Position numbers and translations under genes: made by a program
Shown: positions 9,962-19,678 of the stretch, one piece after another
Position numbering within the stretch: position 1 is the first letter of the stretch
Layout of the letters: each line of letters begins with the position of its first letter
From: an uncultured Acidimicrobiaceae bacterium
Lineage (GTDB): Bacteria > Actinomycetota > Acidimicrobiia > Acidimicrobiales > RAAP-2
DNA length: 64,000 bases
Direction of reading: 5' to 3'
Assembly: GCA_963730395.1 (NCBI GenBank)
Contig: CAVSSK010000004.1
Coordinates: 194,110 to 258,109 of the forward strand
Notes under the pieces: generated by a model
What the model saw: only the letters and a program-made list of their open reading frames with translations
What the model was told of the DNA's origin: nothing
Database searches by the model: none

Positions 9962-10639
9962 GTGGCGAAGCCCAGGACACCGAAGGGGCGGGCGCGCCTC
10001 GCCACCGAGCGCCTGGCAGAGCAGTACCCGGGCACCGCGACCGAGCTGTGCGCACTGGACCACAAGGATCCGTTCCAGCTGCTGGCCGCCACCATCCTGT
10101 CCGCGCAGTGCACGGATGCCCGGGTCAACATGGTGACCCCCGAGCTCTTCGCGCGTTACGGGGACCCCGCGGCGCTGGCAGCGGCCAACCCCGAGGAAGT
10201 CGAGGAGATCATCCGCTCCACCGGGTTCTTCCGATCCAAGACCAAGAGCCTGATCGGCATGGCCAGCGCGGTGGCCGAGCGCTTCGGCGGCGAGGTGCCG
10301 TCGGCGCTCGAGGACCTCGTGACCCTCCCCGGCGTCGGCCGCAAGACAGGCAACGTCGTACGCAGCGTGGCCTTCGGCTTGCCCGGCCTCCCGGTCGACA
10401 CCCACGTCCTGCGCGTGACACAGCGGCTTGGCCTGCTCGACGCGCTGTCGCCGGCCGAGCGACGCGACGCGGTCAAGGTGGAACACGAGCTCAACGCGAT
10501 GATCCCGCCCGCCGAGCGGGGCGCGTTCAGCCTGCGCGTCATCCTCCACGGGCGCGAGACGTGCGTGGCCAGAAAGCCTCGTTGTGCCGCGTGCGCATTG
10601 GCAGATTTCTGCCCGTCGGTAGCGGTAATCGGCGCGTGA
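9962..10639 (+). CDS. nth: Endonuclease III
   Basis: HhH-GPD motif ...LPGVGRKTGNVV... and the C-terminal 4Fe-4S cluster CVARKPRCAACALADFC. Confidence 0.9.
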   Translation: MAKPRTPKGRARLATERLAEQYPGTATELCALDHKDPFQLLAATILSAQCTDARVNMVTPELFARYGDPAALAAANPEEVEEIIRSTGFFRSKTKSLIGMASAVAERFGGEVPSALEDLVTLPGVGRKTGNVVRSVAFGLPGLPVDTHVLRVTQRLGLLDALSPAERRDAVKVEHELNAMIPPAERGAFSLRVILHGRETCVARKPRCAACALADFCPSVAVIGA

Positions 10640-10640
10640 T

Positions 10641-10660
10641 GGGACTTTCGGCCCCTTTTT
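10641..10660 (+). terminator. Weak intrinsic-terminator candidate after nth
   Basis: gggac-tttc-ggccc imperfect stem followed by c-ttttt, starting 2 nt after the nth stop. Confidence 0.35.
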
Positions 10661-10784
10661 AGGCAATTCGGGTTTCCCCCGGTGAAATCCCAAAACCCAA
10701 GCGCTACCATTGGCCCCGGAACCGGTTCCCGCCACCTGGTTCCAAAAGAGTCGTGACTGGGATCCGCCTCCTGGCCGACTCGCC

Positions 10785-10810
10785 CAATGCCGGCCTTCGG
10801 GCCGGCATTG
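10785..10810. other. Perfect 11-bp stem with a TTCG tetraloop in the nth-vapB intergenic region
   Basis: caatgccggcc ttcg ggccggcattg, followed by gtgtttcc. Confidence 0.6.
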
Positions 10811-10876
10811 GTGTTTCCGGCCCTGGTCAGGGTCGCCATGGCACGTTGGTATTACTTGGGGTGCTACCATCGGGGC

Positions 10877-11143
10877 ATGGTCACCAAGCGCTCGGTGTCG
10901 CTCGACGACGAGGTGGCGTCGTCGGTCGAAGAGGCCGCGAAGCAGGACGGCGTGTCGTTCAGCGCGTGGTTGTCCTCGGCGGCGGAAAAGCAGCTTCGGG
11001 TCCGCCAGGGCCTGCGCGGTGTGGCGGCCTGGGAAGGCGAGACGGGCTCGTTGAGTGCGGAGGAATTGGCGGCCGGTGAGGCCCTGCTCGCCCGACTGCG
11101 CTCGGGTGTGTCCGGTGTCGCGTCCCGCGTCCGGCGGCGGTGA
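10877..11143 (+). CDS. Ribbon-helix-helix (CopG/VapB-like) antitoxin candidate
   Basis: MVTKRSVSLDDEVASSVEEAAKQDGVSFSAWLSSAAEKQL is a typical RHH N-terminus. The stop overlaps the next gene's start (ATGA). Confidence 0.55.
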   Translation: MVTKRSVSLDDEVASSVEEAAKQDGVSFSAWLSSAAEKQLRVRQGLRGVAAWEGETGSLSAEELAAGEALLARLRSGVSGVASRVRRR

Positions 11144-11538
11144 GCGCGAACCGCCGCGAGGGTCTCGTCTACGGCCTCGGTGCCTTGCACACGGCGGCGC
11201 GCGGTGACCGCATGATGTGGGCGTTGCACCGCGCCGCGCTCTCCAACGGCATCGTGCCGGTGATCCCGGCCGTCGCGGTGGCCGAGGGGTACCGGACCGA
11301 GGCGCGCAGCGACCGGATCGGCGAGCTGCTGGCGGGGACCGAGATCGAGCCCTTCAGCGGGGAGGCGGCCCGCCGCTCCGGTGAGATCGCGGCCCGTTGC
11401 GACACGTCGGACCTCTTCGTCGTGGCGGTCGTCGAGCTGGCCGAGCGCCGAAACTGCGCCGTCGTCACGCAGCGCCAGGCCGTGTTGCGCACGGCGGCAG
11501 CCCTGTTGGGCCACGAGCTCGTCCTCTACGCGGTGTGA
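11140..11538 (+). CDS. PIN-like (VapC-like) toxin candidate, acidic residues partly substituted
   Basis: 132 aa, coupled to the RHH gene. ...[23 protein letters not shown]... resembles the PIN C-terminal half. By eye, the first and last catalytic Asp positions are not conserved. Confidence 0.45.
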   Translation: MSANRREGLVYGLGALHTAARGDRMMWALHRAALSNGIVPVIPAVAVAEGYRTEARSDRIGELLAGTEIEPFSGEAARRSGEIAARCDTSDLFVVAVVELAERRNCAVVTQRQAVLRTAAALLGHELVLYAV

Positions 11539-11548
11539 GCGTCCTTTC

Positions 11549-11830
11549 GTGGGGCACCCGCTGAGGAAGTCCTTCGACGCGACGCTGGAGAAGAGCCCGT
11601 CGAAGGGGGGCTGGACCTACGTCGTGATGCCCGGCTCGGCCGCCTTCTTCGGGACGCGGGGCCTCGTCAAGGTGCGGGGCACGGTCGACGGGGTCCCCTT
11701 CGAGAGCTCGTTCATGGCCCTCGGGGACGGCCGGCACAAGCTGCCGGTCCGGGCGGACCTGCGTCGCGCCATCGGCAAGGAGGCCGGGGCGACGGTCAGG
11801 GTCCGACTGACCGAGCGACTCGAGGGCTGA
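11549..11830 (+). CDS. DUF1905-family small protein
   Basis: ...[49 protein letters not shown]... Start is tentatively the GTG at 11549. Confidence 0.6.
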   Translation: MGHPLRKSFDATLEKSPSKGGWTYVVMPGSAAFFGTRGLVKVRGTVDGVPFESSFMALGDGRHKLPVRADLRRAIGKEAGATVRVRLTERLEG

Positions 11831-11837
11831 GGGCCGC

Positions 11838-12029
11838 TCAGCGCCCCGAGCCCTTGGAGAAGCGCCGGAGGCGGCGCAACGCCCCCCCGAGCGAGCGCTC
11901 GACGGCGATGAGCTCCTGCGCCATGTCCTCGTCGCCGCTCGCCAGTGCGCCCTCCGCCAAGGCGGTGACGCGCTGGTGGAGCTCGGCCAGGGTGGAGGAG
12001 AGGGACGAGATCTCGGCGTCGGATGACAT
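11838..12029 (-). CDS. Small (63 aa) helical hypothetical protein divergent from hisD
   Basis: MSSDAEISSLSSTLAELHQRVTALAEGALASGDEDMAQELIAVERSLGGALRRLRRFSKGSGR. Coding-like composition only. Confidence 0.35.
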   Translation of the reverse strand: MSSDAEISSLSSTLAELHQRVTALAEGALASGDEDMAQELIAVERSLGGALRRLRRFSKGSGR

Positions 12030-12156
12030 CTCGCGATGATGGCCGATGGCGGACCACTCGTCGTCCGGGCGACGAGACACCGGGCGGTGGCGGGGTCCTC
12101 GCGCGGGCCTGGCATGGAAAGGACCCCGCGGGGCCCGCCGGTAGCCTTGAGTCCCC

Positions 12157-13473
12157 ATGCCCCTCCGTGTCCTGGACCTGCGCGGCACCCGGCCGCCGTT
12201 CGACGCCGTCCTGCCGCGCCCGACGGCCCCGGGTGCCGACGTCCACGAGATCGTGGCGGGGATCCTCGGGCAGGTGCGGGCCGAGGGCGACCGCGCGGTG
12301 ATCCGGTGCACGGCGGAGCTGGACAAGGCCGACGTGTCCGGGGGCCTGCGCGTGCCCCGACGCGCCATCGAACAGGCCCGCGCCACGGTCGCCCCGGAAC
12401 TGGCGGCGGCCCTCGAGGTGGCCTTCGCCCGCATCCTGGCCTACCACGCGCACGAGGGTGCGCCACCGGCCGACCGGAGCGACGGCGGCATCACCGTCGG
12501 GCACCAGACGCGGGCGGTCGAGCGCGCCGGGATCTACGCGCCCGGTGGCCGGGCCCGCTACCCGTCGACCGTGCTCATGTGCGCCGCCCCGGCGCGGGTG
12601 GCCGGCGTCGGGAGCGTCGCCCTGTGCGTGCCGCCCGCCTCCGACGGCAACATCGACCCGGCGACGTTGTGCGCCGCCTCCATCGCGGGCGTCGACGAGG
12701 TCTACCGGATCGGCGGTGCGCAGGCGATCGCGGCGATGGCGTACGGGACCGAGAGCGTGCCGGCGGTGGACGTCATCGCCGGGCCGGGAAACGCCTACGT
12801 GGCCGAGGCCAAGCGGCAGGTGTCCGGTGTCGTGGGCGTGGCGTCGGCCTTCGCCGGGCCGTCGGAGATCGTGGTGGTCGCCGGGCCCGACGCGCCGCCT
12901 GCCTTCGCCGCCGTCGACCTCGTCGTGCAGGCCGAGCACGGGCCCGACGGCCTGGCCTGGCTGGTCTGCTGGGACGCGGCCCTCGCCCGGGCGGTCTCCG
13001 AGGAGGTGGACCGGATCGTGGCCGGATCGAGCCGGCGGGCCGACCTCGAGGCGACGCTCACCGCCTCGGGGATCACGTGCCTGGTGGACGGGCCGGAGGA
13101 CGCGCTGGCGGTGGCGAACACGATCGCCCCCGAGCACCTGGAGCTGATGGTGCCCGAGGAGGAGGGCCTGGCCATGGTGGCGCGGGTGCAGAACGCCGGT
13201 GCGGTGTTCATCGGCGACTGGTCGCCGGCCAGCATGGGTGACTACATCGCGGGGCCCAACCACGTCCTGCCCACCAACCGGACGGCGCGCTTCGCCTCTG
13301 CGCTGCGGGCGGACGACTTCCGCAAGCACCTGCACACCGTCCGGGTGACGCCCGAGGCGTTGCGCACGCTGGGCCCCCACGTGATCACGCTGGCCGAGAC
13401 GGAGGGGTTGCCGGCCCATGCGGACTCGGTGCGCCGCCGGCTGGCCGCGCTCGAAGAGCGAGCGGTGCCGTGA
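12157..13473 (+). CDS. hisD: Histidinol dehydrogenase
   Basis: 438 aa. Contains ...GPGNAYVAEAKR..., ...QAEHGPD..., ...IAPEHLEL..., ...GDYIAGPNHVLPT... Confidence 0.95.
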   Translation: MPLRVLDLRGTRPPFDAVLPRPTAPGADVHEIVAGILGQVRAEGDRAVIRCTAELDKADVSGGLRVPRRAIEQARATVAPELAAALEVAFARILAYHAHEGAPPADRSDGGITVGHQTRAVERAGIYAPGGRARYPSTVLMCAAPARVAGVGSVALCVPPASDGNIDPATLCAASIAGVDEVYRIGGAQAIAAMAYGTESVPAVDVIAGPGNAYVAEAKRQVSGVVGVASAFAGPSEIVVVAGPDAPPAFAAVDLVVQAEHGPDGLAWLVCWDAALARAVSEEVDRIVAGSSRRADLEATLTASGITCLVDGPEDALAVANTIAPEHLELMVPEEEGLAMVARVQNAGAVFIGDWSPASMGDYIAGPNHVLPTNRTARFASALRADDFRKHLHTVRVTPEALRTLGPHVITLAETEGLPAHADSVRRRLAALEERAVP

Positions 13474-14534
13474 GCGCCGTGCCGCCGGTGCGCCCGGACC
13501 TCGACCTGGCCGAGGGCTACCACTCGCCCCAGGTGAAGGCCGAGGTGCGCCTCAACACCAACGAGTCACCCTTTGCGCCTCCCGACGCGTGGCGCGAGGA
13601 GCTGCTCGCCGCGTTGGAGGAGGTCTCCTTCAACCGCTACCCCGACCGCCCGGCCACCGAGCTCCGGGCCGCCGTCGCCACGCTGCACAGCGTGTCGCCC
13701 GACGAGGTCTTCTGCGCCAACGGGTCCAACGAGGTCCTCCAGTGCCTCATGCTCGCCTTCGGCGGGCCCGGCCGTCGCGCCCTGGTGTTCGAGCCCACCT
13801 ACGCGCTGCACTCGCACATCTCGCGCATCACCGGCACGGAGGTGGTCGAGGGGACGCGCGACGACGACTTCCGGATCGATCCCCACCACGCCGAGGCCAT
13901 GCTGGCCTCGCACCGGCCCGACATCACGTTCCTCTGCTCGCCGAACAACCCGACCGGGCGCGCCGAGCCCCCCGAGACGGTCGCCTCCGTGTGCGCAGCG
14001 GCACCGGGGCTCGTGATCGTCGACGAGGCCTACGGGCAGTTCGCCCCGTCGTCCGCGCTCGAATTGCGCGGCCCGGCGCACCCCGGGCTCGTCGTGACCC
14101 GCACGTTCTCCAAGACCTGGGCCATGGCCGGCGCGCGCCTCGGCTACCTGGTGGCCGATCCGGCCGTGGTGACCGCATGCGAGGCGGTGGTGCTCCCGTA
14201 CCACCTCTCCGCGCAGACCCAGCTGGCCGGGCTGTTGGCCCTGCGCCACGTGCCCGAGATGGAGTCACGGGTGGCACGCATCGCCGAAGAGCGGGGCCGG
14301 GTCGCCGCGGCCCTGCGTGACCTGCCGGTGGACAGCTGGCCCTCCGACGCCAACTTCATCCTGTTCCGCCCCCACGACCGGGACGCCGACGAGGTCTGGC
14401 GCGCGCTGCTGGCCCAGTCCGTCCTGATCCGCAACTGCGCCAGCTGGGACGGCCTGCGGGGCTGCCTGCGCGTCACGATCGGGACCGCCGAGGAGAACGA
14501 CCGCTTCCTCCACGCACTCAAGGAGAGCCTGTGA
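13470..14534 (+). CDS. hisC: Histidinol-phosphate aminotransferase
   Basis: 354 aa class-II aminotransferase with ...RTFSKTWAMAGARLGY... (PLP lysine). GTGA overlap with hisD. Confidence 0.95.
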   Translation: MSAVPPVRPDLDLAEGYHSPQVKAEVRLNTNESPFAPPDAWREELLAALEEVSFNRYPDRPATELRAAVATLHSVSPDEVFCANGSNEVLQCLMLAFGGPGRRALVFEPTYALHSHISRITGTEVVEGTRDDDFRIDPHHAEAMLASHRPDITFLCSPNNPTGRAEPPETVASVCAAAPGLVIVDEAYGQFAPSSALELRGPAHPGLVVTRTFSKTWAMAGARLGYLVADPAVVTACEAVVLPYHLSAQTQLAGLLALRHVPEMESRVARIAEERGRVAAALRDLPVDSWPSDANFILFRPHDRDADEVWRALLAQSVLIRNCASWDGLRGCLRVTIGTAEENDRFLHALKESL

Positions 14535-15133
14535 CCACCGCCCCCCGCCACGCCAGCAAGGAGCGCGCCACCAAGGAGACCCGCGTCGACGCCTCGCTCG
14601 TCGTCGACGGCTCCGGCCGCACCGGCGTCACCACCGGTCTCCCGTTCTTCGACCACATGGTCGAGCAGCTGGGGCGCCACGCCTCCTTCGACCTCGAGGT
14701 CCACGCCACCGGTGACCTGCACGTCGACGCGCACCACACGGTGGAGGACGTCGGCATCGTCCTCGGGGCGTGCCTGGCCGAGGCGCTCGGTGACAAGGCG
14801 GGCATCCGTCGCTTCGCCTCCATGCTGCTGCCGCTCGACGAGGCGCTCATCGAGGTGGCGCTGGACCTGTCGGGGCGGCCGTACCTGGCCTACGGGCTCG
14901 AGTTCGCCCCCGACACCGCTGGTCTGGGCATGCCACCCTTCGACCCGCAGCTGGCCGAGGAGTTCTGGCGCGCCTTCGCCACCGCCGCCGGCCTGACGCT
15001 GCACATCAGGCGCCTCGAGGGGAAGAACACGCACCACATGTTGGAGGCCAGCTTCAAGGGAGTGGCCCGTTGCCTGCGCGATGCGGTGCGCGTCGAGGGG
15101 GGTGGCGTCCCCTCGACGAAGGGCAGCCTGTGA
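14531..15133 (+). CDS. hisB: Imidazoleglycerol-phosphate dehydratase
   Basis: 200 aa. Contains ...FFDHMVEQLGRHA..., ...DAHHTVEDVGI..., ...GKNTHHMLEASFKG... Confidence 0.95.
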   Translation: MTTAPRHASKERATKETRVDASLVVDGSGRTGVTTGLPFFDHMVEQLGRHASFDLEVHATGDLHVDAHHTVEDVGIVLGACLAEALGDKAGIRRFASMLLPLDEALIEVALDLSGRPYLAYGLEFAPDTAGLGMPPFDPQLAEEFWRAFATAAGLTLHIRRLEGKNTHHMLEASFKGVARCLRDAVRVEGGGVPSTKGSL

Positions 15134-15753
15134 CGGCAGGGCCCCGCATCGCCGTCCTCGACTACGGGATCGGCAATCTCCGCTCGGCTGAGAAGGCACT
15201 GCAGCACGTGGGCGCGGCGGCCCGCCTCGTGACCGACGCCGCGTCGGTCGAGGCGGCGGATGCCGTCGTGCTGCCCGGCGTCGGTGCCTTCGGTGCCTGT
15301 GCGCGGGCACTGCGCGACAGCGGGCTCGAGGATCCGGCCCGGGCGGCCCTCGCCGCGGGCGTGCCGTTCTTCGGGGTGTGCGTCGGCTTCCAACTCCTCT
15401 ACGAGGACTCGGTGGAGAGCCCGGGCGCGCGCGGCCTCGGCGTCTTCCCCGGCACCGTCGGGCCGCTGCCGGCGGGCGTGAAGCACCCGCAGATGCAGTG
15501 GAACACCCTGGACGTCTGCGGGGACGGCGAGCCGGCGCCCCTACGCGGGCTCGGGCCCCGCCCCTGGGTGTACTTCGTGCACTCGTTCGCCCCGCCCGTG
15601 GGCGACGAGACGGTTGCCGTGTGCGACTACGGCGGGCCCGTGGCGGCGCTGGTCACCCGGGGCGCCCTGTGGGGGGCGCAGTTCCACCCCGAGAAGTCCG
15701 GCGCCACCGGTCTGGCACTGCTGTCCAATTTCGTGACGGCGGCAGCGGCGTGA
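15130..15753 (+). CDS. hisH: Imidazole glycerol phosphate synthase, glutamine amidotransferase subunit
   Basis: ...IAVLDYGIGNLRSAEKAL...LPGVGAFG...GVCVGFQLL...QFHPEKS. The GTG at 15130 overlaps the hisB stop. Confidence 0.9.
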   Translation: MTAGPRIAVLDYGIGNLRSAEKALQHVGAAARLVTDAASVEAADAVVLPGVGAFGACARALRDSGLEDPARAALAAGVPFFGVCVGFQLLYEDSVESPGARGLGVFPGTVGPLPAGVKHPQMQWNTLDVCGDGEPAPLRGLGPRPWVYFVHSFAPPVGDETVAVCDYGGPVAALVTRGALWGAQFHPEKSGATGLALLSNFVTAAAA

Positions 15754-16514
15754 TGGAGCTGCTGCCCGCCGTCGACCTGCGCCAGGGTGAGGCCGTCCGG
15801 TTGACGCAGGGCGACTTCGACCGCCAGCAGCGCTACGGCGACCCCGCGGCGCTGGCGATGCGCTACATCGAGGGCGGCGCCCGCTGGATCCACGTGGTCG
15901 ACCTCGACGCGGCGCGGACGGGGGTGGCGCACGAGAGCACGGCACTCCGAGAGATCGTCGGTCTGGCGACGGCGTGGTCAGTCTCCGTGCAGGCGGGCGG
16001 GGGCATCCGCACGGAGGACGCGGCGGAGGAGCTCCTCGAGGGCGCCGGCGTCGCCCGCGTCGTGCTGGGCACGGGCGCCCTGGAGGATCCCGCGCTGGCG
16101 GCGCGCTGTGCCCGGCGCTGGCCCGGGCGCGTCGCCGTCGGGCTCGACTACCGGGTGGGGCGCGACGGGGTGGCCGAGGCGCTGGCCCAGGGCTGGCTGG
16201 CCGGATCGGGCCGCTCGGTGACGGACCTCCTCGACCTGTGGGCCGGGGCGCAGTTCGGGGCCGTCGTGGTGACCGAGGTGGCCCGGGACGGCACCCTGGA
16301 GGGCCCCGCAGTCGAGAGCCTGGCCGCCTTGCTCCTGCGCACCGAGCTGCCGCTCGTGGCGTCAGGGGGAGTCGGCGCCACCGAGGACCTGTACCGGCTG
16401 GCCCACCTGCAGGCGGGTGGGCGCCGGCTGGCCGGCGCCATCGTCGGGAAGGCGCTGGCGGAGCGCCGCTTCAGCGTGGAGGAGGCGTTGGCCGCGTGCG
16501 CAGCATCCGACTGA
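15753..16514 (+). CDS. hisA: ProFAR isomerase (HisA; a PriA-type dual function is not excluded)
   Basis: [22 protein letters not shown]...GGGIR...ASGGV. The ATG overlaps the hisH stop (TGATG). Confidence 0.9.
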   Translation: MELLPAVDLRQGEAVRLTQGDFDRQQRYGDPAALAMRYIEGGARWIHVVDLDAARTGVAHESTALREIVGLATAWSVSVQAGGGIRTEDAAEELLEGAGVARVVLGTGALEDPALAARCARRWPGRVAVGLDYRVGRDGVAEALAQGWLAGSGRSVTDLLDLWAGAQFGAVVVTEVARDGTLEGPAVESLAALLLRTELPLVASGGVGATEDLYRLAHLQAGGRRLAGAIVGKALAERRFSVEEALAACAASD

Positions 16515-17260
16515 TCCCCTGCCTCGACGTCACCGAGGGCCGCGTGGTCAAGGGCGTGCGCTTCGTCGACCTCACCGACGAGGGCGACCCGGTCGAGCTC
16601 GCCGCGCGCTACGACGGCGAAGGTGCCGACGAGGTCACGTTCCTCGACATCACGGCGTCGTCCGACGGGCGCGACACCATGGTCTCGGTGGTGGCGCGCA
16701 CGGCCGAGCAGGTCTTCATCCCCCTGACGGTGGGGGGTGGCGTCCGGGTGGCGGAGGACGCACGCCGCCTCCTCCGGGCCGGCGCGGACAAGGTCGCGGT
16801 GAACACCGCCGCGGTGGAGCGGCCCGATCTCGTACGGGACATCGCGGACGAGTTCGGTGGCCAGTGCGCCGTGGTCGCCATCGACGCCCGCGCCCGTGCA
16901 GATGGGGACGGCTGGGAGGTCTACACGCACGGTGGCCGCACACCGACCGGCCGCGACGTCGTGGCATGGGCGGCCGAGTGCGCGGCCAGCGGGGCGGGCG
17001 AGATCCTGCTCACCTCCATGGACCGCGACGGGACGAGGGACGGTTTCGACCTGGCGCTGACCCGGTCCGTGGTCGACGCCGTGGAGATCCCGGTCGTGGC
17101 GTCGGGCGGCGTGGGCCGGCTGCAGGACCTGGTTGACGGCGCCCTCGATGGCGGCGCGGACGCGGTGCTGGCCGCGTCCATCTTCCACCGCCGTGAGTTC
17201 ACCATCGGCGAGGCGAAGGCCTACATGGCGGCGCGAGGGGTCGTCGTCCGCCCCGTCTGA
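16496..17260 (+). CDS. hisF: Imidazole glycerol phosphate synthase, cyclase subunit
   Basis: [23 protein letters not shown]...PLTVGGGVR...VVASGGVG. The GTG at 16496 is in the track frame. Confidence 0.9.
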   Translation: MRSIRLIPCLDVTEGRVVKGVRFVDLTDEGDPVELAARYDGEGADEVTFLDITASSDGRDTMVSVVARTAEQVFIPLTVGGGVRVAEDARRLLRAGADKVAVNTAAVERPDLVRDIADEFGGQCAVVAIDARARADGDGWEVYTHGGRTPTGRDVVAWAAECAASGAGEILLTSMDRDGTRDGFDLALTRSVVDAVEIPVVASGGVGRLQDLVDGALDGGADAVLAASIFHRREFTIGEAKAYMAARGVVVRPV

Positions 17261-17286
17261 CGCCCCTGACCTGGAAGGGCGCATTC

Positions 17287-17673
17287 GTGCGGTACCGTGC
17301 GAGGGTGGCCACGTCGACGACGAAGAACGGGACAGGGAAGGCCAAGGCCGACTCGGCCGAGGACAAGCAGCCGATCTCGGTCCTCTTCGACCGCGTGATG
17401 GTCCAGATCTCGCCGTCCGACGGGGAGCGGCGCTCCCGCGCCGGCATCCTGATCCCGGCCACCGCCCAGATCACCCGCCGCCTGACCTGGGCCGAGACGG
17501 TGGCGGTCGGGCCGCACGTGCGGTCGGTGAAGGTCGGCGACACCGTGCTGTTCAACCCCGAGGACCGTTTCGAGGTCGAGGTGCACGGCGAGGAGTACGT
17601 GATCCTGCGGGAGCGCGACATTCACGCGATCGCCTCCACCCGCAACGACGGCGGCACGGGGCTCTACCTTTGA
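17287..17673 (+). CDS. GroES/Cpn10-family protein with an N-terminal basic extension
   Basis: ...[29 protein letters not shown]...[43 protein letters not shown] matches the GroES beta-barrel pattern. Confidence 0.7.
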   Translation: MRYRARVATSTTKNGTGKAKADSAEDKQPISVLFDRVMVQISPSDGERRSRAGILIPATAQITRRLTWAETVAVGPHVRSVKVGDTVLFNPEDRFEVEVHGEEYVILRERDIHAIASTRNDGGTGLYL

Positions 17674-18092
17674 GCGACGCCGGGGCCGGGGCCACCGCGG
17701 CCTCCGCCGTTCCCGCGGGCGTGGCGCTGACCGTCGACGAGGACGTGCTGCGCATGGTGGACTTCGCCAAGGATGCCGACGGTCTCGTGCCGGCGATCGT
17801 GCAGGACGCCGCCGACGGCACCGTGCTGACCCTGGCCTACATGGACGCCGAGGCCCTGCGGCGCACGCTGACCTCGGGGCGCTCGTGGTTCTACAGCCGC
17901 AGCCGCCGGGAGTACTGGCAGAAGGGCGAGACGTCCGGGGACCGCCAGTACGTGCGCGAGGTGCGCGTGGACTGCGACGGTGACGCGCTCGTCGTGCTGG
18001 TGGACCAGCACGGCCGTGGCGCGTGCCACACCGGGGAGCGGTCCTGCTTCTACCGCACCGTCGGCACGGGGCCGGGGGTGCCCGCGCCGTGA
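17670..18092 (+). CDS. hisI: Phosphoribosyl-AMP cyclohydrolase
   Basis: ...[27 protein letters not shown]...[20 protein letters not shown]...[28 protein letters not shown]. The start is uncertain: TTG 17670 (overlapping the previous stop) or the internal ATG at 17755. Confidence 0.85.
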   Translation: MSDAGAGATAASAVPAGVALTVDEDVLRMVDFAKDADGLVPAIVQDAADGTVLTLAYMDAEALRRTLTSGRSWFYSRSRREYWQKGETSGDRQYVREVRVDCDGDALVVLVDQHGRGACHTGERSCFYRTVGTGPGVPAP

Positions 18093-19678
18093 CGCCCGAG
18101 GGCGGCCCGAGCCCCGGCTCGGGCCCGGGCGCGGGCGCGCTGGTCTTCCGGCCCGACGCCGCCGAGTTCGCCGCGCTGGCCAAGGAGCACGCCATCGTGC
18201 CGGTCTGGTGCGAGGTGGTGGCCGACACCCTCACGCCCGTGGCCTGTTTCGCCAACGTGGTGGGGGAGGGCGAGGGGTTCCTCTTCGAGTCGGTCGAGGG
18301 TGGCGAGCGCTGGGGCCGCTACTCCTTCGTCGGGCGCCGGCCGCTGGCCACGCTGACGGCCCGGGGGCGGAGGGTGGCGGCGACCGGGCGGCTGGCCCTC
18401 GAGCAGTCCGACGACGGGATCCTGGCCGCGGTCGAGAGCCTGGTGGCGCGTTTCCAATCGCCGGTCCTCGCCGGCCTGCCGCCCCTGCACGGCGGCCTGG
18501 TGGGGTATCTCGGCTACGACGTGGTGCGCGAGGTGGAGCGGCTGCCCGACCCGCCGCACGACGACCTGGGCCATCCCGATGCCGCGCTGGTGGTCATCGG
18601 GCAGTTCTGCGCCTTCGACCACTGGCGCCAGCGCATCGTGCTCGTCGACAACGTCGTGGTGCCCGACGCACCGGACGGTGTGGTCGACACCGATGCGGTG
18701 GCCGAGGCCTACGACGCCGCCTGCGCCCGCCTGCGGGAGCTGGCCGCGGACTGCGGACGGGCCGGGCCGGTGTCGGGCGAGCTGGTGGCCGCGCCCCCGC
18801 CCGGCCTGGAGCGTGCGGGGGCGACGCGGACGATGACCTCGGAGGAGTACACGTCGGCCATTCAGGTGGCGAAGGAGTACATCCGCGCCGGCGACATCTT
18901 CCAGGTCGTCCTGGCGCAGCGCTACGACCTGGCGCTCGAGGCCGACCCGTTCGACGTGTACCGCGCCCTGCGGCTGCTCAACCCGAGTCCCTACCTCTAC
19001 TTCCTGCGCTTCCCCGAGGTGACCGTCGTCGGCGCCTCGCCCGAGCCGATGGTGCGTCTGCGCGACGGCACCGTGACCTCGCGCCCCATCGCGGGGTCGC
19101 GGCCGCGGGGGGAGAACGAGCAGCACGACCGACTGCTCGAGGGGGAGCTGGCGGAGGACCCCAAGGAGCTGGCGGAGCACATCATGCTGGTGGACCTGGC
19201 CCGCAACGACGTGGGGCGGGTGGTGCGCTTCGGCACCGAGAAGGTCGACGAGCTCATGACGATCGAGCGCTACAGCCACATCATGCACATCACGTCGCAG
19301 GTGTCGGGGGAGCTGGCCGAGGGCAAGGGGCCGATCGACGTGCTGCGGGCGACGCTGCCCGCCGGCACCCTGTCGGGTGCGCCCAAGGTGCGGGCGATGG
19401 AGATCATCGACGAGCTCGAGCCCACCAAGCGTGGCGTGTACGGGGGCGTCGTGGGTTACATCGACTTCTCGGGCAACGTCGACACCGCCATCGCCATCCG
19501 GACCATGGTGGTGACGCCCGACGGCCGCGCCAGCGTGCAGGCGGGTGCGGGGATCGTGGCGGACAGCGACCCGCAGAGCGAGGACGAGGAGTGCGCGCAC
19601 AAGGCGGGGGCGCTGCTCGTCGCCGTGACCGCGGCGCGGCGCATGGGCGCGGCACGGCGACCGTCGGCCGGCACGTGA
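18089..19678 (+). CDS. trpE: Anthranilate synthase component I
   Basis: ...[16 protein letters not shown]..., ...[11 protein letters not shown]..., ...NPSPYLYFL..., ...[15 protein letters not shown]... The GTG at 18089 overlaps the hisI stop. Confidence 0.95.
   Translation: MTPEGGPSPGSGPGAGALVFRPDAAEFAALAKEHAIVPVWCEVVADTLTPVACFANVVGEGEGFLFESVEGGERWGRYSFVGRRPLATLTARGRRVAATGRLALEQSDDGILAAVESLVARFQSPVLAGLPPLHGGLVGYLGYDVVREVERLPDPPHDDLGHPDAALVVIGQFCAFDHWRQRIVLVDNVVVPDAPDGVVDTDAVAEAYDAACARLRELAADCGRAGPVSGELVAAPPPGLERAGATRTMTSEEYTSAIQVAKEYIRAGDIFQVVLAQRYDLALEADPFDVYRALRLLNPSPYLYFLRFPEVTVVGASPEPMVRLRDGTVTSRPIAGSRPRGENEQHDRLLEGELAEDPKELAEHIMLVDLARNDVGRVVRFGTEKVDELMTIERYSHIMHITSQVSGELAEGKGPIDVLRATLPAGTLSGAPKVRAMEIIDELEPTKRGVYGGVVGYIDFSGNVDTAIAIRTMVVTPDGRASVQAGAGIVADSDPQSEDEECAHKAGALLVAVTAARRMGAARRPSAGT

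Noticed and set aside
8957-10870. 637-aa ORF taken at face value
   Set aside because: Only the last ~324 aa (MshD) are protein-like. The upstream part runs antisense through nth and the intergenic spacer.
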